Made by a program: the position numbers and the translations under genes. Positions 39,258 to 49,640 of a stretch of DNA of 64,000 bases are shown piece by piece; positions within the stretch are counted from its first letter, which is position 1; every line of letters begins with the position of its first letter. The DNA comes from an uncultured delta proteobacterium. Lineage in GTDB: Bacteria; Desulfobacterota; Desulfuromonadia; Desulfuromonadales; BM103. The DNA is taken from NCBI GenBank assembly GCA_963715335.1, contig CAVQRZ010000019.1, forward strand, positions 32,001 through 96,000, in the 5' to 3' direction. The notes under the pieces were generated by a model that saw nothing but the letters and a program-made list of their open reading frames with translations, made no database searches and was not told where the DNA came from.

Positions 39258-39293
39258 AAACGTTGTTTTAAACGCCGTTTGAAAGAATGTCAA
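39258..39293 (-). promoter_or_regulatory. sigma70 promoter overlapped by two putative TetR operators
   Basis: TTGACA (39288-39293), 17 nt, TAAAAC (39265-39270); palindromes AAACGTTGTTT (39258-39268) and AAACGCCGTTT (39270-39280). Confidence 0.65.
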
Positions 39294-39425
39294 GAACAAC
39301 CCGTGCAATCGAGTCGGCAAAGCCTGAGGCACTGGCAGGGGTTGGAAGGGGTAAGTTGTTGTCAAATCAGAAAGAAGGCTGATCTAGAAAATAAGCTTAG
39401 GCCCTGGCTGCATCTCTTGCCGGTT

Positions 39426-40184
39426 TCATCCATTATCGACCGGGGGCTGACGCCAATCGCCATAGAGATACTGCAAAATGGGCGTTGCCGCCAAGCCGGC
39501 AGTTTCAGTGCGCAGAATTCTCGGTCCCAGGTGTACGGCCCGAAACCCGGCCGCCGCAATGTCATCGATTTCCTGGTCGGTAAAACCGCCTTCCGGTCCG
39601 ATCAGAAGCCTGACCCCGGAGGGTCTCTCCCCGGGCAAGGCCTCTGCAAGGGGGACCGACCCCGCCTCCCAGAGCACGAGCTTGAGGTCACTTGTCTGCT
39701 CTTCGATCACTGCAGACAGCCTTTGCATCGACCGGATCTGAGGGAGAAAACTGCGCCGGCACTGCCTTGCGGCTTCGCTCGCTATGCGTATCCAGCGCTG
39801 TTGGCGCTTGTCCATGCGGGCTTCGTTGACTTGCGCTACTGAGTATGCAGTCTCGACGGGCTGAAAGCAGTGCACCCCGAGTTCGGTGCCCTTTTGCAGG
39901 ACGAGGTCAAACTTGTCGCCTTTCGGCATGGCCTGGATAAGGGTAATCGGTAAGCTGCGGTCTTCGTCCCGCCAGCGTCGAACCACCCGGGCGGACGCTT
40001 GCCGTTTGCTGATACTCTCCAGCTCGACTTCGCAACAGAGTCCCCGGCCGTCGAGCAGGGTCAGGACACTGCCGAGCCTGGTACGCAGAACGTTGTGCAG
40101 GTGGTGATGCGGGTCGCCGCTGATGTCCACCTGGTCGCCTTGCAGAGTTTCAGGCGGAACGAAAAAACGCAGCGGATCACTCAT
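39426..40184 (-). CDS. rsmE: 16S rRNA m3U1498 methyltransferase
   Basis: HLHNVLR, QKGTELGV, EAARQCRR, IGPEGGF, LGPRILRTETA. Confidence 0.95.
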   Translation of the reverse strand: MSDPLRFFVPPETLQGDQVDISGDPHHHLHNVLRTRLGSVLTLLDGRGLCCEVELESISKRQASARVVRRWRDEDRSLPITLIQAMPKGDKFDLVLQKGTELGVHCFQPVETAYSVAQVNEARMDKRQQRWIRIASEAARQCRRSFLPQIRSMQRLSAVIEEQTSDLKLVLWEAGSVPLAEALPGERPSGVRLLIGPEGGFTDQEIDDIAAAGFRAVHLGPRILRTETAGLAATPILQYLYGDWRQPPVDNG

Positions 40185-41100
40185 GGCTCTGGTAGACGAT
40201 ACAGGTCCACTCGTCACGGTGGTTGCTGGCGAGCAATGCCAGGGGGAAGCCGGCAAAGCCATTGATAACCGTCTGCTCCTGTTCGATCAGGATTCCGGAG
40301 AGAACCAGCCGCCCTGATCCGGGAGTAAGGTGCGCGACCAGCTGGTCGGCGAGACGCAGGTTCTCGGCCGCGAGGATGTTGGCAAGCACCAGGTCGTATG
40401 TTCCGGGAATCTCCTCCAGTGTCGCGTCGGTAACTGAAACCAGGTGGTCGAGTCGGTTGCTTGCGATGTTGTGCCGGGCGACCTCGCATGCGTCGTTGTC
40501 GATGTCAGTGGCAATCACCTGGCTGGCGCCGAGTGCGGCCCCCGCCATGGCCAAAATTCCCGAGCCTGTGCCGACATCCAGAATGTTTTTGGGGGGTTGC
40601 TCGCTGGCAAAATGCTCGGCCAGCGCGTCCAGGCAAAGGCTGGTGGTGGCATGGGTGCCGGTACCAAAGGCCTGGCCCGGGTCAAGGGTGAGGACCGCTT
40701 CGTCGCCGGTGGCTTGCCAGTCTATCCATGAGGGGCGAATGACGAGACGGCGGCCAACCCTGAATGGCGGGAAATGCTGTTGCCAGTCACTCGCCCAGTC
40801 CTGGTCGGCCAGTTCGCGGGATTCGAGGCGGGTCTTGGCAAGCTCTGGATGAACGACCGCGAGTTCGGAGAGGGTCTGCTGTACGGCTGCCAGCAGTGCA
40901 TCCACCTTGTCCGGGTAGATGAAGTAAGCTTTTACGACCGGATCGTTGATCAGGTTCTCCGGTGCCGGCACAACAAAGGTGTCCAGCTGTGTTTCGGCTG
41001 CAGTGACACCGGTACAGCCAATTTCCATCAGGTTTTGTGAAACCAGGTCGACGGCTTCGTCCGGCACAGCGAGGCGTATCTCCAGCCATTTGCTTGTCAT
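40177..41100 (-). CDS. prmA: Ribosomal protein L11 methyltransferase
   Basis: DPGQAFGTGTHATT, LDVGTGSGIL, ANIL, LSGIL. Confidence 0.95.
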   Translation of the reverse strand: MTSKWLEIRLAVPDEAVDLVSQNLMEIGCTGVTAAETQLDTFVVPAPENLINDPVVKAYFIYPDKVDALLAAVQQTLSELAVVHPELAKTRLESRELADQDWASDWQQHFPPFRVGRRLVIRPSWIDWQATGDEAVLTLDPGQAFGTGTHATTSLCLDALAEHFASEQPPKNILDVGTGSGILAMAGAALGASQVIATDIDNDACEVARHNIASNRLDHLVSVTDATLEEIPGTYDLVLANILAAENLRLADQLVAHLTPGSGRLVLSGILIEQEQTVINGFAGFPLALLASNHRDEWTCIVYQSHE

Positions 41101-41350
41101 GAAGGTTGTTTAGCGAAGTTTCCGGGGCATTGCAACAGAAATTCTTGACCAGCTTGAGGAGGGTCTGAAATAATGGCCTTTAACTTAATGAGATAAAGTG
41201 CGCATATCGCATTTAATAACCTTTTTGTGATACATTAACCTGCCAGAAGTTGCTGATTTGCCAAGTAAAGTCAAGATTTTCCCGGCTTTTGGTGTTTGCT
41301 TTTTCATTAGACTCTGTTAGACTTCACCGGTGTTTTCATGAGGATTTTCA

Positions 41351-42160
41351 ATGTCTGCTGCTGCCCAAGTTATCTATCTTCTTTCTGACGCGACCGGCGA
41401 AACTGCAGAAAAAATGGTCATGGCAGCGCTAACGCAGTTTCGTGACAGGCCGGTCCGTTTGAAACGGATTAACAACGTCCGGACCAAGAACCAGGTGTAC
41501 GAGACCCTGGACGAAGCGCTCGACAAGCAGGCCCTTGTGGTTTTCACTATTGTCAACCGCGACCTGGCCCAACTGGTCCATGACGAGTGCGACAGCCTCG
41601 GTCTGGTCAGCATTGACCTGCTGACCCCGCTGTTGATGAAAGTGGCACACTGTCTTGGGCGGTCGCCGAAAGAGACGCCCGGCCTGTTGCATGGGATCGA
41701 TGAGGCCTATTTCAGACGTATCGAGGCGATTGAATTTACCGTCAAGCATGATGACGGGCAGGAACCCCGCAATCTTTATCAGGCTGACATCGTTCTGGTC
41801 GGGATTTCCCGTACCAGTAAAACACCACTCTCCATCTATCTGGCTCACAGGGGGTGGAAGGTGGCAAACGTGCCCCTGGTGAAAGGCATCGATCCGCCGC
41901 CGCAACTTTTTGAAGTAGATCCAAAGAGGATTGCGGCCCTTGTTATCGACCCACAGAGACTGTTTGAAGTGCGCGCCTCGCGGCTGCGGAATCTTGGCCA
42001 GGACCCGAAGGCGGCTTACGCCGATTATGAAGAGATCGAGGAGGAGTTGAAGCACGCGAAGAGATTCTTCCGCCAGCACCCATGGGTGGTGATCGATGTC
42101 TCCAGCAAGGCTATCGAGGAGACGGCCAATGAGGTGCTGGTTCGCCTTGGACTCAAATAG
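41351..42160 (+). CDS. Pyruvate,phosphate/water dikinase regulatory protein (DUF299)
   Basis: [38 protein letters not shown]. Confidence 0.93.
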   Translation: MSAAAQVIYLLSDATGETAEKMVMAALTQFRDRPVRLKRINNVRTKNQVYETLDEALDKQALVVFTIVNRDLAQLVHDECDSLGLVSIDLLTPLLMKVAHCLGRSPKETPGLLHGIDEAYFRRIEAIEFTVKHDDGQEPRNLYQADIVLVGISRTSKTPLSIYLAHRGWKVANVPLVKGIDPPPQLFEVDPKRIAALVIDPQRLFEVRASRLRNLGQDPKAAYADYEEIEEELKHAKRFFRQHPWVVIDVSSKAIEETANEVLVRLGLK

Positions 42161-42267
42161 TTGCCGGTTGGTGTGCTGCGCGTACCGGTTTTGATGATGA
42201 TCCCCTGACAATCGACGCTCGGACCATTTTACGAAGATAGCAGTTCATTTAGAAAAGGAGAAACCTC

Positions 42268-42939
42268 ATGCACATTCTGGTTGTGGAAGATGAGAAGAAA
42301 GTTGCCAGCTTTATTCAACGCGGCCTTGAAGGTGAAGGCTATACCGTTGATGTCGCCAATGATGGTGAGTCGGGAGTCGAACTTGGTTCCAAGAACAACT
42401 ACGATCTGATCCTCATGGACATCATGCTGCCCAAGATGGACGGCCTCGAGGCGGTCAAGGCCCTGCGTGCCAATGGTGTGGTGTCACCCGTTCTCTGCCT
42501 GACGGCCAAGGACACGGTCGACGATATCGTCGCCGGCCTGGAAGTCGGCAGCGACGACTACCTGACCAAGCCTTTCGCCTTCGCCGAACTTCTGGCCCGG
42601 GTCCGGGCTCTGGCCCGCCGGGGCACCCAGGAGCGCGGGGCGGAAGTCACCTATGCTGATTTGCGGCTTGATCCGGTTGCCCACAAGGTCTGGCGTGGAG
42701 AAAACGAGATTGACCTGACCGCAAAGGAATATGCCCTGCTCGAATTTTTCATGCGCAATCCGGAAACGACATTGACGCGGACGATGATCGCTGAGCATGT
42801 CTGGGATTATACGTTTGATTCGTTCACCAATATCATTGACGTCTATGTCAATTATCTGCGCAAGAAGGTTGACCGCGACTTCACCAAGAAACTGATTCAT
42901 ACCGTTCGCGGAATCGGTTACGTCCTCAAGGAGGACTAG
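42268..42939 (+). CDS. OmpR-family response regulator (CusR-like)
   Basis: Receiver VEDE, DIMLP, LTAK, DDYLTKPF; winged helix IHTVRGIGY. Confidence 0.95.
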   Translation: MHILVVEDEKKVASFIQRGLEGEGYTVDVANDGESGVELGSKNNYDLILMDIMLPKMDGLEAVKALRANGVVSPVLCLTAKDTVDDIVAGLEVGSDDYLTKPFAFAELLARVRALARRGTQERGAEVTYADLRLDPVAHKVWRGENEIDLTAKEYALLEFFMRNPETTLTRTMIAEHVWDYTFDSFTNIIDVYVNYLRKKVDRDFTKKLIHTVRGIGYVLKED

Positions 42940-42940
42940 C

Positions 42941-44401
42941 TTGGCCATTTCACCTTTGGGGTCGATCCGGGTCCGCCTGACGTTCTGGTATGCAATGACG
43001 CTGGCTGTCATCCTGGCAGTCAGCGCTCTGTTTTCTTATCATTATTTTTCTCACAACCTGAGAGAACAGGTGGACCGTCAGGCTCGCGAGATCGCCCGCA
43101 TCATTGACCAGCACTACGTTGACACCTTGTCCGAGGCTGTTCATTCAGGGGATTGTCAGGGCCTGCAGACGCTGGCCCACAATTACAACTGGGATGCTTT
43201 TCTGGTCTTGCGCGATGCCGGCCTGCAGGAAATCTGCAGAACAGAGAATTTGATGGAGCGTGACCTGCCGTTCGGGCCGGTGGCCCGCCAGCAGGTCCGA
43301 TGGCTGAACGAGCACCTGGAAACAATCGCGCTGGAGCCCAACCGGCAGATGAGGCTCCTCTCCTATCCCTTGTTGGAAAAGGGTAAGCTGATCGGCGTGG
43401 CCCAGATTGGCCAGGAACTCGGCCCCCTGCAGCAGACCATCGAAGAGCTGCGCGTGATCTACCTGGTGGTCGGACCCTTTGCAATTTTCTGGCTCTGTCT
43501 CGGCTGCTGGCTGTTGGCCGAACGCACGATCGCGCCGATCATCGAGGTGACCGAAGCGGCCCAGGGTATAACCGCAGACAACCTGACCCGCCGCCTGCCT
43601 TTCGGCAATCATCAGGATGAGCTGTCGCAGATGGTTGCCTGCCTGAACCAGATGCTTGATCGTCTTGAAAAATCTTTCCGGCGGATCCGGCAATTCTCCG
43701 GTGATGCCTCCCATGAGCTGCGCACGCCTCTCACCATCTTGCGGGGTGAAACCGAAGTGACCCTGCGCTGGGCGAAAACGACCGACGAGTTCCGCGATAT
43801 GCTGCGTTCCAACATGGAAGAAATCGATCGCATGGAGCGGATCATTGAAAGCCTGCTGACGCTGGCCAAGAGTGAAGTCGGTGAATTGACGCTGGAAATG
43901 AAGCAGCTCAGCCTCAGCGACATGGTCCAGGAGCTGTACCTGCAGAGCCAGCTCCTCTGCGAAACCAAGCAGATCGAAGTTAGTATGGGCCTGAAGGTCG
44001 AGGAGGAGGTCCGGATCCGCGGTGACGAACTGCGCTTGCGGCAGATGTTCCTCAACCTGATCTCCAACGCCATCAAATATACCCCTGAAGGCGGTGAGCT
44101 GAAGATCGTTCTGGCCCAGGAAGATGATTTTGCCGTGGTCGATATCGTCGACACGGGAATCGGCATGCACGCCGAGCATCTGTCCCATATCTTTGACCGA
44201 TTCTACCGGGTCGACAAGGCGCGCAACCGTATGGACGGAGGCACCGGTCTTGGCCTGGCGATTGTCAAGTGGATCGCCGAGGCCCACGGTGGAAGCATCT
44301 CGGTCACGTCCGAGGTTGGCAAGGGCAGCTCATTCTCGGTACGCCTGCCTCTAAAGGGACCGGAAGAAGGCAAACACCCGAAAACGACCATTCTGGATTA
44401 A
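42941..44401 (+). CDS. HAMP-domain sensor histidine kinase
   Basis: Two TM helices, HAMP, DASHELRTPL H-box, NLISNAIKY, DTGIG, GTGLGL. Confidence 0.95.
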   Translation: MAISPLGSIRVRLTFWYAMTLAVILAVSALFSYHYFSHNLREQVDRQAREIARIIDQHYVDTLSEAVHSGDCQGLQTLAHNYNWDAFLVLRDAGLQEICRTENLMERDLPFGPVARQQVRWLNEHLETIALEPNRQMRLLSYPLLEKGKLIGVAQIGQELGPLQQTIEELRVIYLVVGPFAIFWLCLGCWLLAERTIAPIIEVTEAAQGITADNLTRRLPFGNHQDELSQMVACLNQMLDRLEKSFRRIRQFSGDASHELRTPLTILRGETEVTLRWAKTTDEFRDMLRSNMEEIDRMERIIESLLTLAKSEVGELTLEMKQLSLSDMVQELYLQSQLLCETKQIEVSMGLKVEEEVRIRGDELRLRQMFLNLISNAIKYTPEGGELKIVLAQEDDFAVVDIVDTGIGMHAEHLSHIFDRFYRVDKARNRMDGGTGLGLAIVKWIAEAHGGSISVTSEVGKGSSFSVRLPLKGPEEGKHPKTTILD

Positions 44402-44506
44402 CCTTTCACAACTGCACATTCCATCAGTTGATTACTGTGCTGCTGACGATTGACAGTGCGCACGGCGGTTATTACATTTGTTATTATAACCACGATGGAG
44501 GACATC

Positions 44507-45898
44507 ATGAACAACCTGTTACGCTCGAAACACTTCCTGCTCATATCCCTTTTGATATTCGGCTGGGCTGTCACCGTCTCGGCACAGCCGCCGGATTTTG
44601 TCACCCTGGCAGAGCAGCTCAAACCCGCAGTCGTCAACATCGGCACCGCCAAGACCGTAAAGCCCAGGGCGCCGATGCCCCCCGGCCCGCATGGCCCCGG
44701 TGGTGACATGTTCGATGAATTTTTCGAACGGTTCTTCCGCAACTCGCCACAGTCGCCGCGCAAGGAGAGATCCCTCGGCTCCGGGTTCATCATCTCTGAA
44801 GACGGCTATATCCTGACCAATGACCACGTGGTCGATGGCGCAGATGAAATCAAGGTCAAGCTCTCGGACGGCCGGGAATTCACCGGCGAGATTCGCGGAC
44901 TGGACCCGAAACTGGACCTGGCGCTGATCAAGATCGATGCCGGCGAAAACCTGCCTGTCGCAAAGCTTGGCGACAGCGAGGCAATCAAGGTTGGTGAATG
45001 GGTCATGGCGATCGGCAATCCCTTTGGCCTGGAGCAGACCGTCACGGTCGGTATTGTCTCAGCGAAGGGCCGCGTCATAGGGGCCGGGCCCTACGATGAT
45101 TTTATCCAGACGGACGCATCGATCAATCCTGGCAACTCGGGCGGCCCGCTCTTCAATGTGCAGGGTGAGGTCATCGGCATCAACACTGCGATTGTTGCCC
45201 AGGGTCAGGGGATCGGTTTCGCCATCCCGGTCAACATGGCCAAGCAGATCATCCCCCAGTTGCGTGACGAAGGTCATGTGACCCGCGGCTGGCTCGGTGT
45301 GACCGTCCAGGCGCTGAACAAGGAGCTCGCCGATTCATTTGGCCTGGACAGCACTCATGGCGCCCTGGTCAACGAAGTCATCAATGATTCCCCTGCCGAC
45401 AAGGCCGGCCTGAAGCGGGGCGATATTATCGTCGAATATGATGGCAAGCAGGTCGGTGAGCTCAATGACCTGCCGCGACTGGTTGCTGCAACCCCGGTCG
45501 GCGAAACGGTCCAGGTCAAGGTCTTCCGTGACGGCAAGGAACGCACGGTCAAGGTCCAGATCGGCAGGCTCGACGACGGCAAGGCGGAGCTGGCTGCCGA
45601 TGACGGGGAAAGCGGCGGGGCTCTCGGTCTCACGGTCGCGAATGTGACCCCGGAGCTGGTCGAGCGCTACAGCCTGGAGAGCGACAAGGGCGTTCTGATC
45701 ACCAGAATCGACCCGGAAGGCCCGGCTGCCGAAGCCAACCTGAGAGTCGGTGACCTGGTTGTCGAGGCTGACGGCAAGGAAGTCGGTACGGTCAAGGAGT
45801 TTGAAGGATTGGTTGACAAGATGGCCGCCGGCAAGGTGTTGCGGCTGCTGATTCAGCGCAGGGCGACCCTGCTCTACACGACGGTGACGTTGAAATAG
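44507..45898 (+). CDS. DegP/DegQ (HtrA) serine protease with two PDZ domains
   Basis: Signal peptide, TNDHVV, DLAL, INPGNSGGP. Confidence 0.95.
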   Translation: MNNLLRSKHFLLISLLIFGWAVTVSAQPPDFVTLAEQLKPAVVNIGTAKTVKPRAPMPPGPHGPGGDMFDEFFERFFRNSPQSPRKERSLGSGFIISEDGYILTNDHVVDGADEIKVKLSDGREFTGEIRGLDPKLDLALIKIDAGENLPVAKLGDSEAIKVGEWVMAIGNPFGLEQTVTVGIVSAKGRVIGAGPYDDFIQTDASINPGNSGGPLFNVQGEVIGINTAIVAQGQGIGFAIPVNMAKQIIPQLRDEGHVTRGWLGVTVQALNKELADSFGLDSTHGALVNEVINDSPADKAGLKRGDIIVEYDGKQVGELNDLPRLVAATPVGETVQVKVFRDGKERTVKVQIGRLDDGKAELAADDGESGGALGLTVANVTPELVERYSLESDKGVLITRIDPEGPAAEANLRVGDLVVEADGKEVGTVKEFEGLVDKMAAGKVLRLLIQRRATLLYTTVTLK

Positions 45899-45921
45899 TT
45901 GATACTGAAATATGTTTTATC

Positions 45922-45956
45922 GAGCCCCTGCTGCGTTTTGCGGCGGGGGCTTTTTT
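45922..45956 (+). terminator. Intrinsic terminator after degP
   Basis: GAGCCCCTGCTGC / GCGGCGGGGGCTT stem followed by a T run. Confidence 0.8.
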
Positions 45957-46005
45957 GTAACGCAAAGATGCAAAGGGGAAGACAAAGGGAAGGGGAAAGA
46001 GGGAA

Positions 46006-46037
46006 GAAAAGAGCCCGGCTGGATGGACCAGCCGGGC
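46006..46037 (-). terminator. Intrinsic terminator after the porin gene
   Basis: GCCCGGCTGG / CCAGCCGGGC stem with a U-rich tail on the minus strand. Confidence 0.65.
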
Positions 46038-46074
46038 ATGACATAAAGAGGCAAATCTTTATCAGCTTGGTTGT

Positions 46075-48418
46075 TTAAAAGCGGTAACCGAAACCGAGAT
46101 AGCCGTAATAGGCTTCACCGTCCTCATCGCCGTAGACATAGTCTTCATCGCTGATGAATTTGTCGTAGGTGAGCGATGCCGTGGTATAGCAGCTCGGTGT
46201 GAAGTTGTAGGTGCCGCCCACGGTGACCTGGATCTGCTCATAGGACAGATCGGAGTAGCTGTCGATATTGTTGTTCTGCTCCCAGGTGTCGTAATTGATC
46301 GGTGCATATGGTCCTGGGGGCTGTGCGGATTCATTGATGGGATCCGGTCAAGGCGTCTTCCCTGAGGACTGTCGCCCTCTCGGTAAAGTCATTCCAGTCC
46401 CAGCTGTCCTTGGCGTTGTTGTAGGTGAATCCCGCATTGAGCGCGAGTTTTTCAGTGGCCTGGTAATCCATGTTCAGAGCGACGGTGTGGACATCAGATT
46501 CGTATTCAGCGGTGTTACAGATCGAGCCAAACTGGCCCGACGAGACGTCGTTCGCTCAGCCATGGTACCAGCCGACACACATCTGGTTCTCCGTCTCCTG
46601 CTTGTTGAAGGTGTAGGCCATGGTCAGGTTCAACTTGCCGTTGGGGGCGTAGTAGAGCGAGGCTCCCGGAACATAGGTGTGTTGCTCGTACTGGACCTCG
46701 TCGTTCTCTTCGTAACGAACCCTGGCGAACACGGTGGCGGCCATATTGGTCGACGGCGACCATGTGGCCGACATCTTGCCCTCGTGGACTTCATCCGGCT
46801 GGCTGGTTGATGACAGCTGGCGGTTCGGATAGACATCCGTCCAGTACCAGGTCGGTACAGTCGGTATATTGAAGTCACTGGTATTGTAGTACCATAGGTT
46901 CGGGTCCCCAGTGATGTCCTGGATTCCATCTCCTTGCGCAATACCGACATGAGCACCGGCCATTGGCTCGTCGATGTCCTGGTAGGTGTAGCTGATGTTG
47001 CCTGAGAACTCCTTGTTGATGCGCGATTTAAGCGCGAGCTTGAAGGTGTTGGTCTCTGTTTCACCCAGCTCTTCTTCGTCGCGATCAACGTCTTCGTATT
47101 CATAGCCGAAACGCAGCGTGGTCCCTCTCGCTAACCGGTAAACGATATCGAAACCGAACTCGTTGACTTCCCTTTCTTCAGCCGAGTGGTATTCGTCTGT
47201 CGCGTCTCCCGGCCAGGCAGCGGCTGCGCTGGCGGTCGCTTCGCGTGCGGGGTAGTAGATAGTGTTGCCGTCGGCATCGATGGTGTATCGGCTGCCATGC
47301 ATTGACAGGCGGAAATCGCCGATTTTGGTCGCGATCTTGCCACCGAATGACTCGTACTCAGTCTTCAGATCGTTGCCCTGCAGGAGTTCGTACTCGCCCT
47401 GAGTCGCGGACTTGGAGCTTTCCACGTCGGATTTTACGTAGCTGGCAGTAACGCTGGTGTTCTGAGGGAGATCCACTCGCGCTTTCAGCTTGTGACTGTC
47501 TTTGTCAGAGTCTGGGGTGCGCGCATAGGGGTAGTCTCCATCTTCATAAAGAAGGTTGTAAGCGGTCGGATTGCCAGCATTTTCATAATAACGAACCGGC
47601 GTGGCGCCGTCTTCCGAGAAAGTCCGCTTCAGGTATTCGTAATCGACTGTGACCGGGCCAAATTTGCCGGTTGCACCAAAAGTGTAATCTTCCGTGCTCT
47701 CATCAATTTTCTTGCCGCCTGCAGAGACATGACAGGTGTCACACTTGGTTACGCCGATGGCCTGCTCAAGACCTTCGCGGGTTTCGATCCGCATGCCGGT
47801 ATGGAAGGTTACGTTGGGAAGATTCGGCAGGGTCAGGTCGGCTTCGCTCTTCAGCTCCCGGCGGGTCACGATGTAATTGTTGTCCAGCTCCTGCTGATAG
47901 GCTTCGGCGGCATCATAATTAATCGTGCCTCCGCCGACGTCTGTTGGCAACCCTGCCTCGTCCAACTCGGCAAAGAGCTTGTCCGTCATGACGGAGGGCT
48001 GGCCTCCAGCTGTATCGTTTCTACCAGTTGCCCCCATCTGATCAAGGGTCTCGTGGTCCTTCCAGTGTTCCAGGACCTGGTAGTCGACACCCAACCGGAA
48101 AATCCGGTTCAGGTCCAGGTCCAGGTTGTATTGCTGGTCCCGGGGGCCGTTGATGTCGGCATCAAGATCGAGTTCGGAGTTTTCTCCGAACTTTCCTTCA
48201 AGGGAAACTTTCGGTGCAAAGCTGAGGCCGTCATCGGACCTGCCGTTTGCATATTCATTGACGCGTGCGGGGTTATCCTTGGTGTCCATACCTGAAACAC
48301 CGATCTCCACTTGTCCGCTGAAAGCCTTGTCTTCAGCGACAGCTGCGGTGGTGATCGTCATTAAGGTAAGGACGGACAACACAGCAAGCAGCCATTTATG
48401 GCATCTCTTCATGTTCAT
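46075..48418 (-). CDS. Outer-membrane beta-barrel (MtrB/PioB-like, GSU2204-like) with CXXCH motif and in-frame UGA (selenocysteine); further frameshift near 46345
   Basis: Signal peptide, CDTCH and alternating aromatic beta-strands. The frame stays open after TGA 46556-46558 (ANDVSSGQFGSICNTAEYESDVHTVALNMDY...). After one frameshift it ends YGYLGFGYRF (OMP C-terminal Phe). Confidence 0.85.
46522..46540 (-). promoter_or_regulatory. Putative bacterial SECIS element
   Basis: UCGGGCCA-GUU-UGGCUCGA 8-bp hairpin starting 15 nt after the in-frame UGA, loop beginning with GU. Confidence 0.7.
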
Positions 48419-48428
48419 CCTCCTTAAG

Positions 48429-49406
48429 TTAACGTGTCAGACCGCCACCATTGAGCGGTTGCGATGGGTAATCGCTGCCGTGAACAACCTTGTGACAGGT
48501 TGTGCACTTGGTACCGAACGAAGTCTGGAAGCCTTCACTGCCATGCGCTGCGTTGACGACGGCTGCAGCATCGATTCGAGCTTGCGGTTGTTGTGGTCCA
48601 TTAATGCGTTCAAAATTCGCTTCGCGCAAAAGATGGAAGTGGCCTTCGTGGCACTGCAGGCAGAGGAACGGTTCGTTCTGCACCAGCAGGTTGTTGGCTA
48701 CTGAACCATGTGCGTCATGGCAGATGGTGCAGTCGTCTTCAACCGGCGCATGGCCGAATACGAACGGACCCTGGTAACGGCTGTGGCAATTCAGGCACAG
48801 ATCGGTGGTGCGCTCGTCGGTGTTGAGTTCGCCGTGTGGGTTGTGGCAATCGCCGCAGGTCATCTTGCCTTCCTTGATCGGATGATGGGAAGGGAAGCTG
48901 GCCTTGGCCATCTGCTCCTGGTGGCAGCTGTAGCAGAGCTCCGGGTCCTGCTGCTTCAGGGCGGTCTTGTTGCCGCCGTGAATCGAGTGACAGTCGTTGC
49001 AGCCCACGTCGCTCAGGGCGTGCTCGCTGTGTGTCCAGTCCATCAGCTTGCCGTCGGTGTGACACTTGGCGCAAACCGCTGCCGATTCTTCGGGCAGAAG
49101 CTCACCGAATTTGAGGATCTTGTCGCCGTCCGAGTCGACATGCAGGCTGCCGCCGCCATGGCAGGCTTCGCACCCTGCGGTGCCGCCCATATACTCGAAG
49201 CCGGACAGGCGCGAGTGAACCCCTGCGCCCTTACCTTCGTGACACTCCAGGCAGGCTTCTGAGCCGACTGAAGTAGCGCCCTCGATGACTGGTAACGTCA
49301 ACTGCTTCTCCCTGATTGCTCCGGTGGCGCATGCCGCCAAAAGCAGTAACAGGGGAAGGAGTTTGACCAGCCAGGACGCCCTGGATAGTGATACCTTCCT
49401 GTGCAT
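48429..49406 (-). CDS. Decaheme c-type cytochrome lipoprotein (DmsE/MtrA-like, GSU2203-like)
   Basis: Ten CXXCH motifs (CLECH, CEACH, CAKCH, CNDCH, CYSCH, CGDCH, CLNCH, CTICH, CLQCH, CTTCH), lipobox LAAC, GPFVFGHAPV. Confidence 0.95.
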   Translation of the reverse strand: MHRKVSLSRASWLVKLLPLLLLLAACATGAIREKQLTLPVIEGATSVGSEACLECHEGKGAGVHSRLSGFEYMGGTAGCEACHGGGSLHVDSDGDKILKFGELLPEESAAVCAKCHTDGKLMDWTHSEHALSDVGCNDCHSIHGGNKTALKQQDPELCYSCHQEQMAKASFPSHHPIKEGKMTCGDCHNPHGELNTDERTTDLCLNCHSRYQGPFVFGHAPVEDDCTICHDAHGSVANNLLVQNEPFLCLQCHEGHFHLLREANFERINGPQQPQARIDAAAVVNAAHGSEGFQTSFGTKCTTCHKVVHGSDYPSQPLNGGGLTR

Positions 49407-49595
49407 GATTTCTCCTTTCCGTGCTGAATGCCTCAATAAATGAGATGTAAACAAATGCTGTACCGGTTTGGTCCGAGCCTGACGGCTTTGTTCGGTGGCC
49501 GGTAAAGCGCCAAAAATACCCGTTTAGACATTCGGAATCGGTTGAATCATAAAGCCCTTTAATGCTAGGGTAAAACGAATCATTTTAATGCCTCT

Positions 49596-49612
49596 TATAA
49601 GTAATATTTATA
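49596..49612. promoter_or_regulatory. Putative LysR binding box (T-N11-A)
   Basis: TATAA-GTAATAT-TTATA dyad in the AT-rich divergent region just upstream of lysR. Confidence 0.5.
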
Positions 49613-49640
49613 GTTTTTAATGATATATATGGATGTGTGA

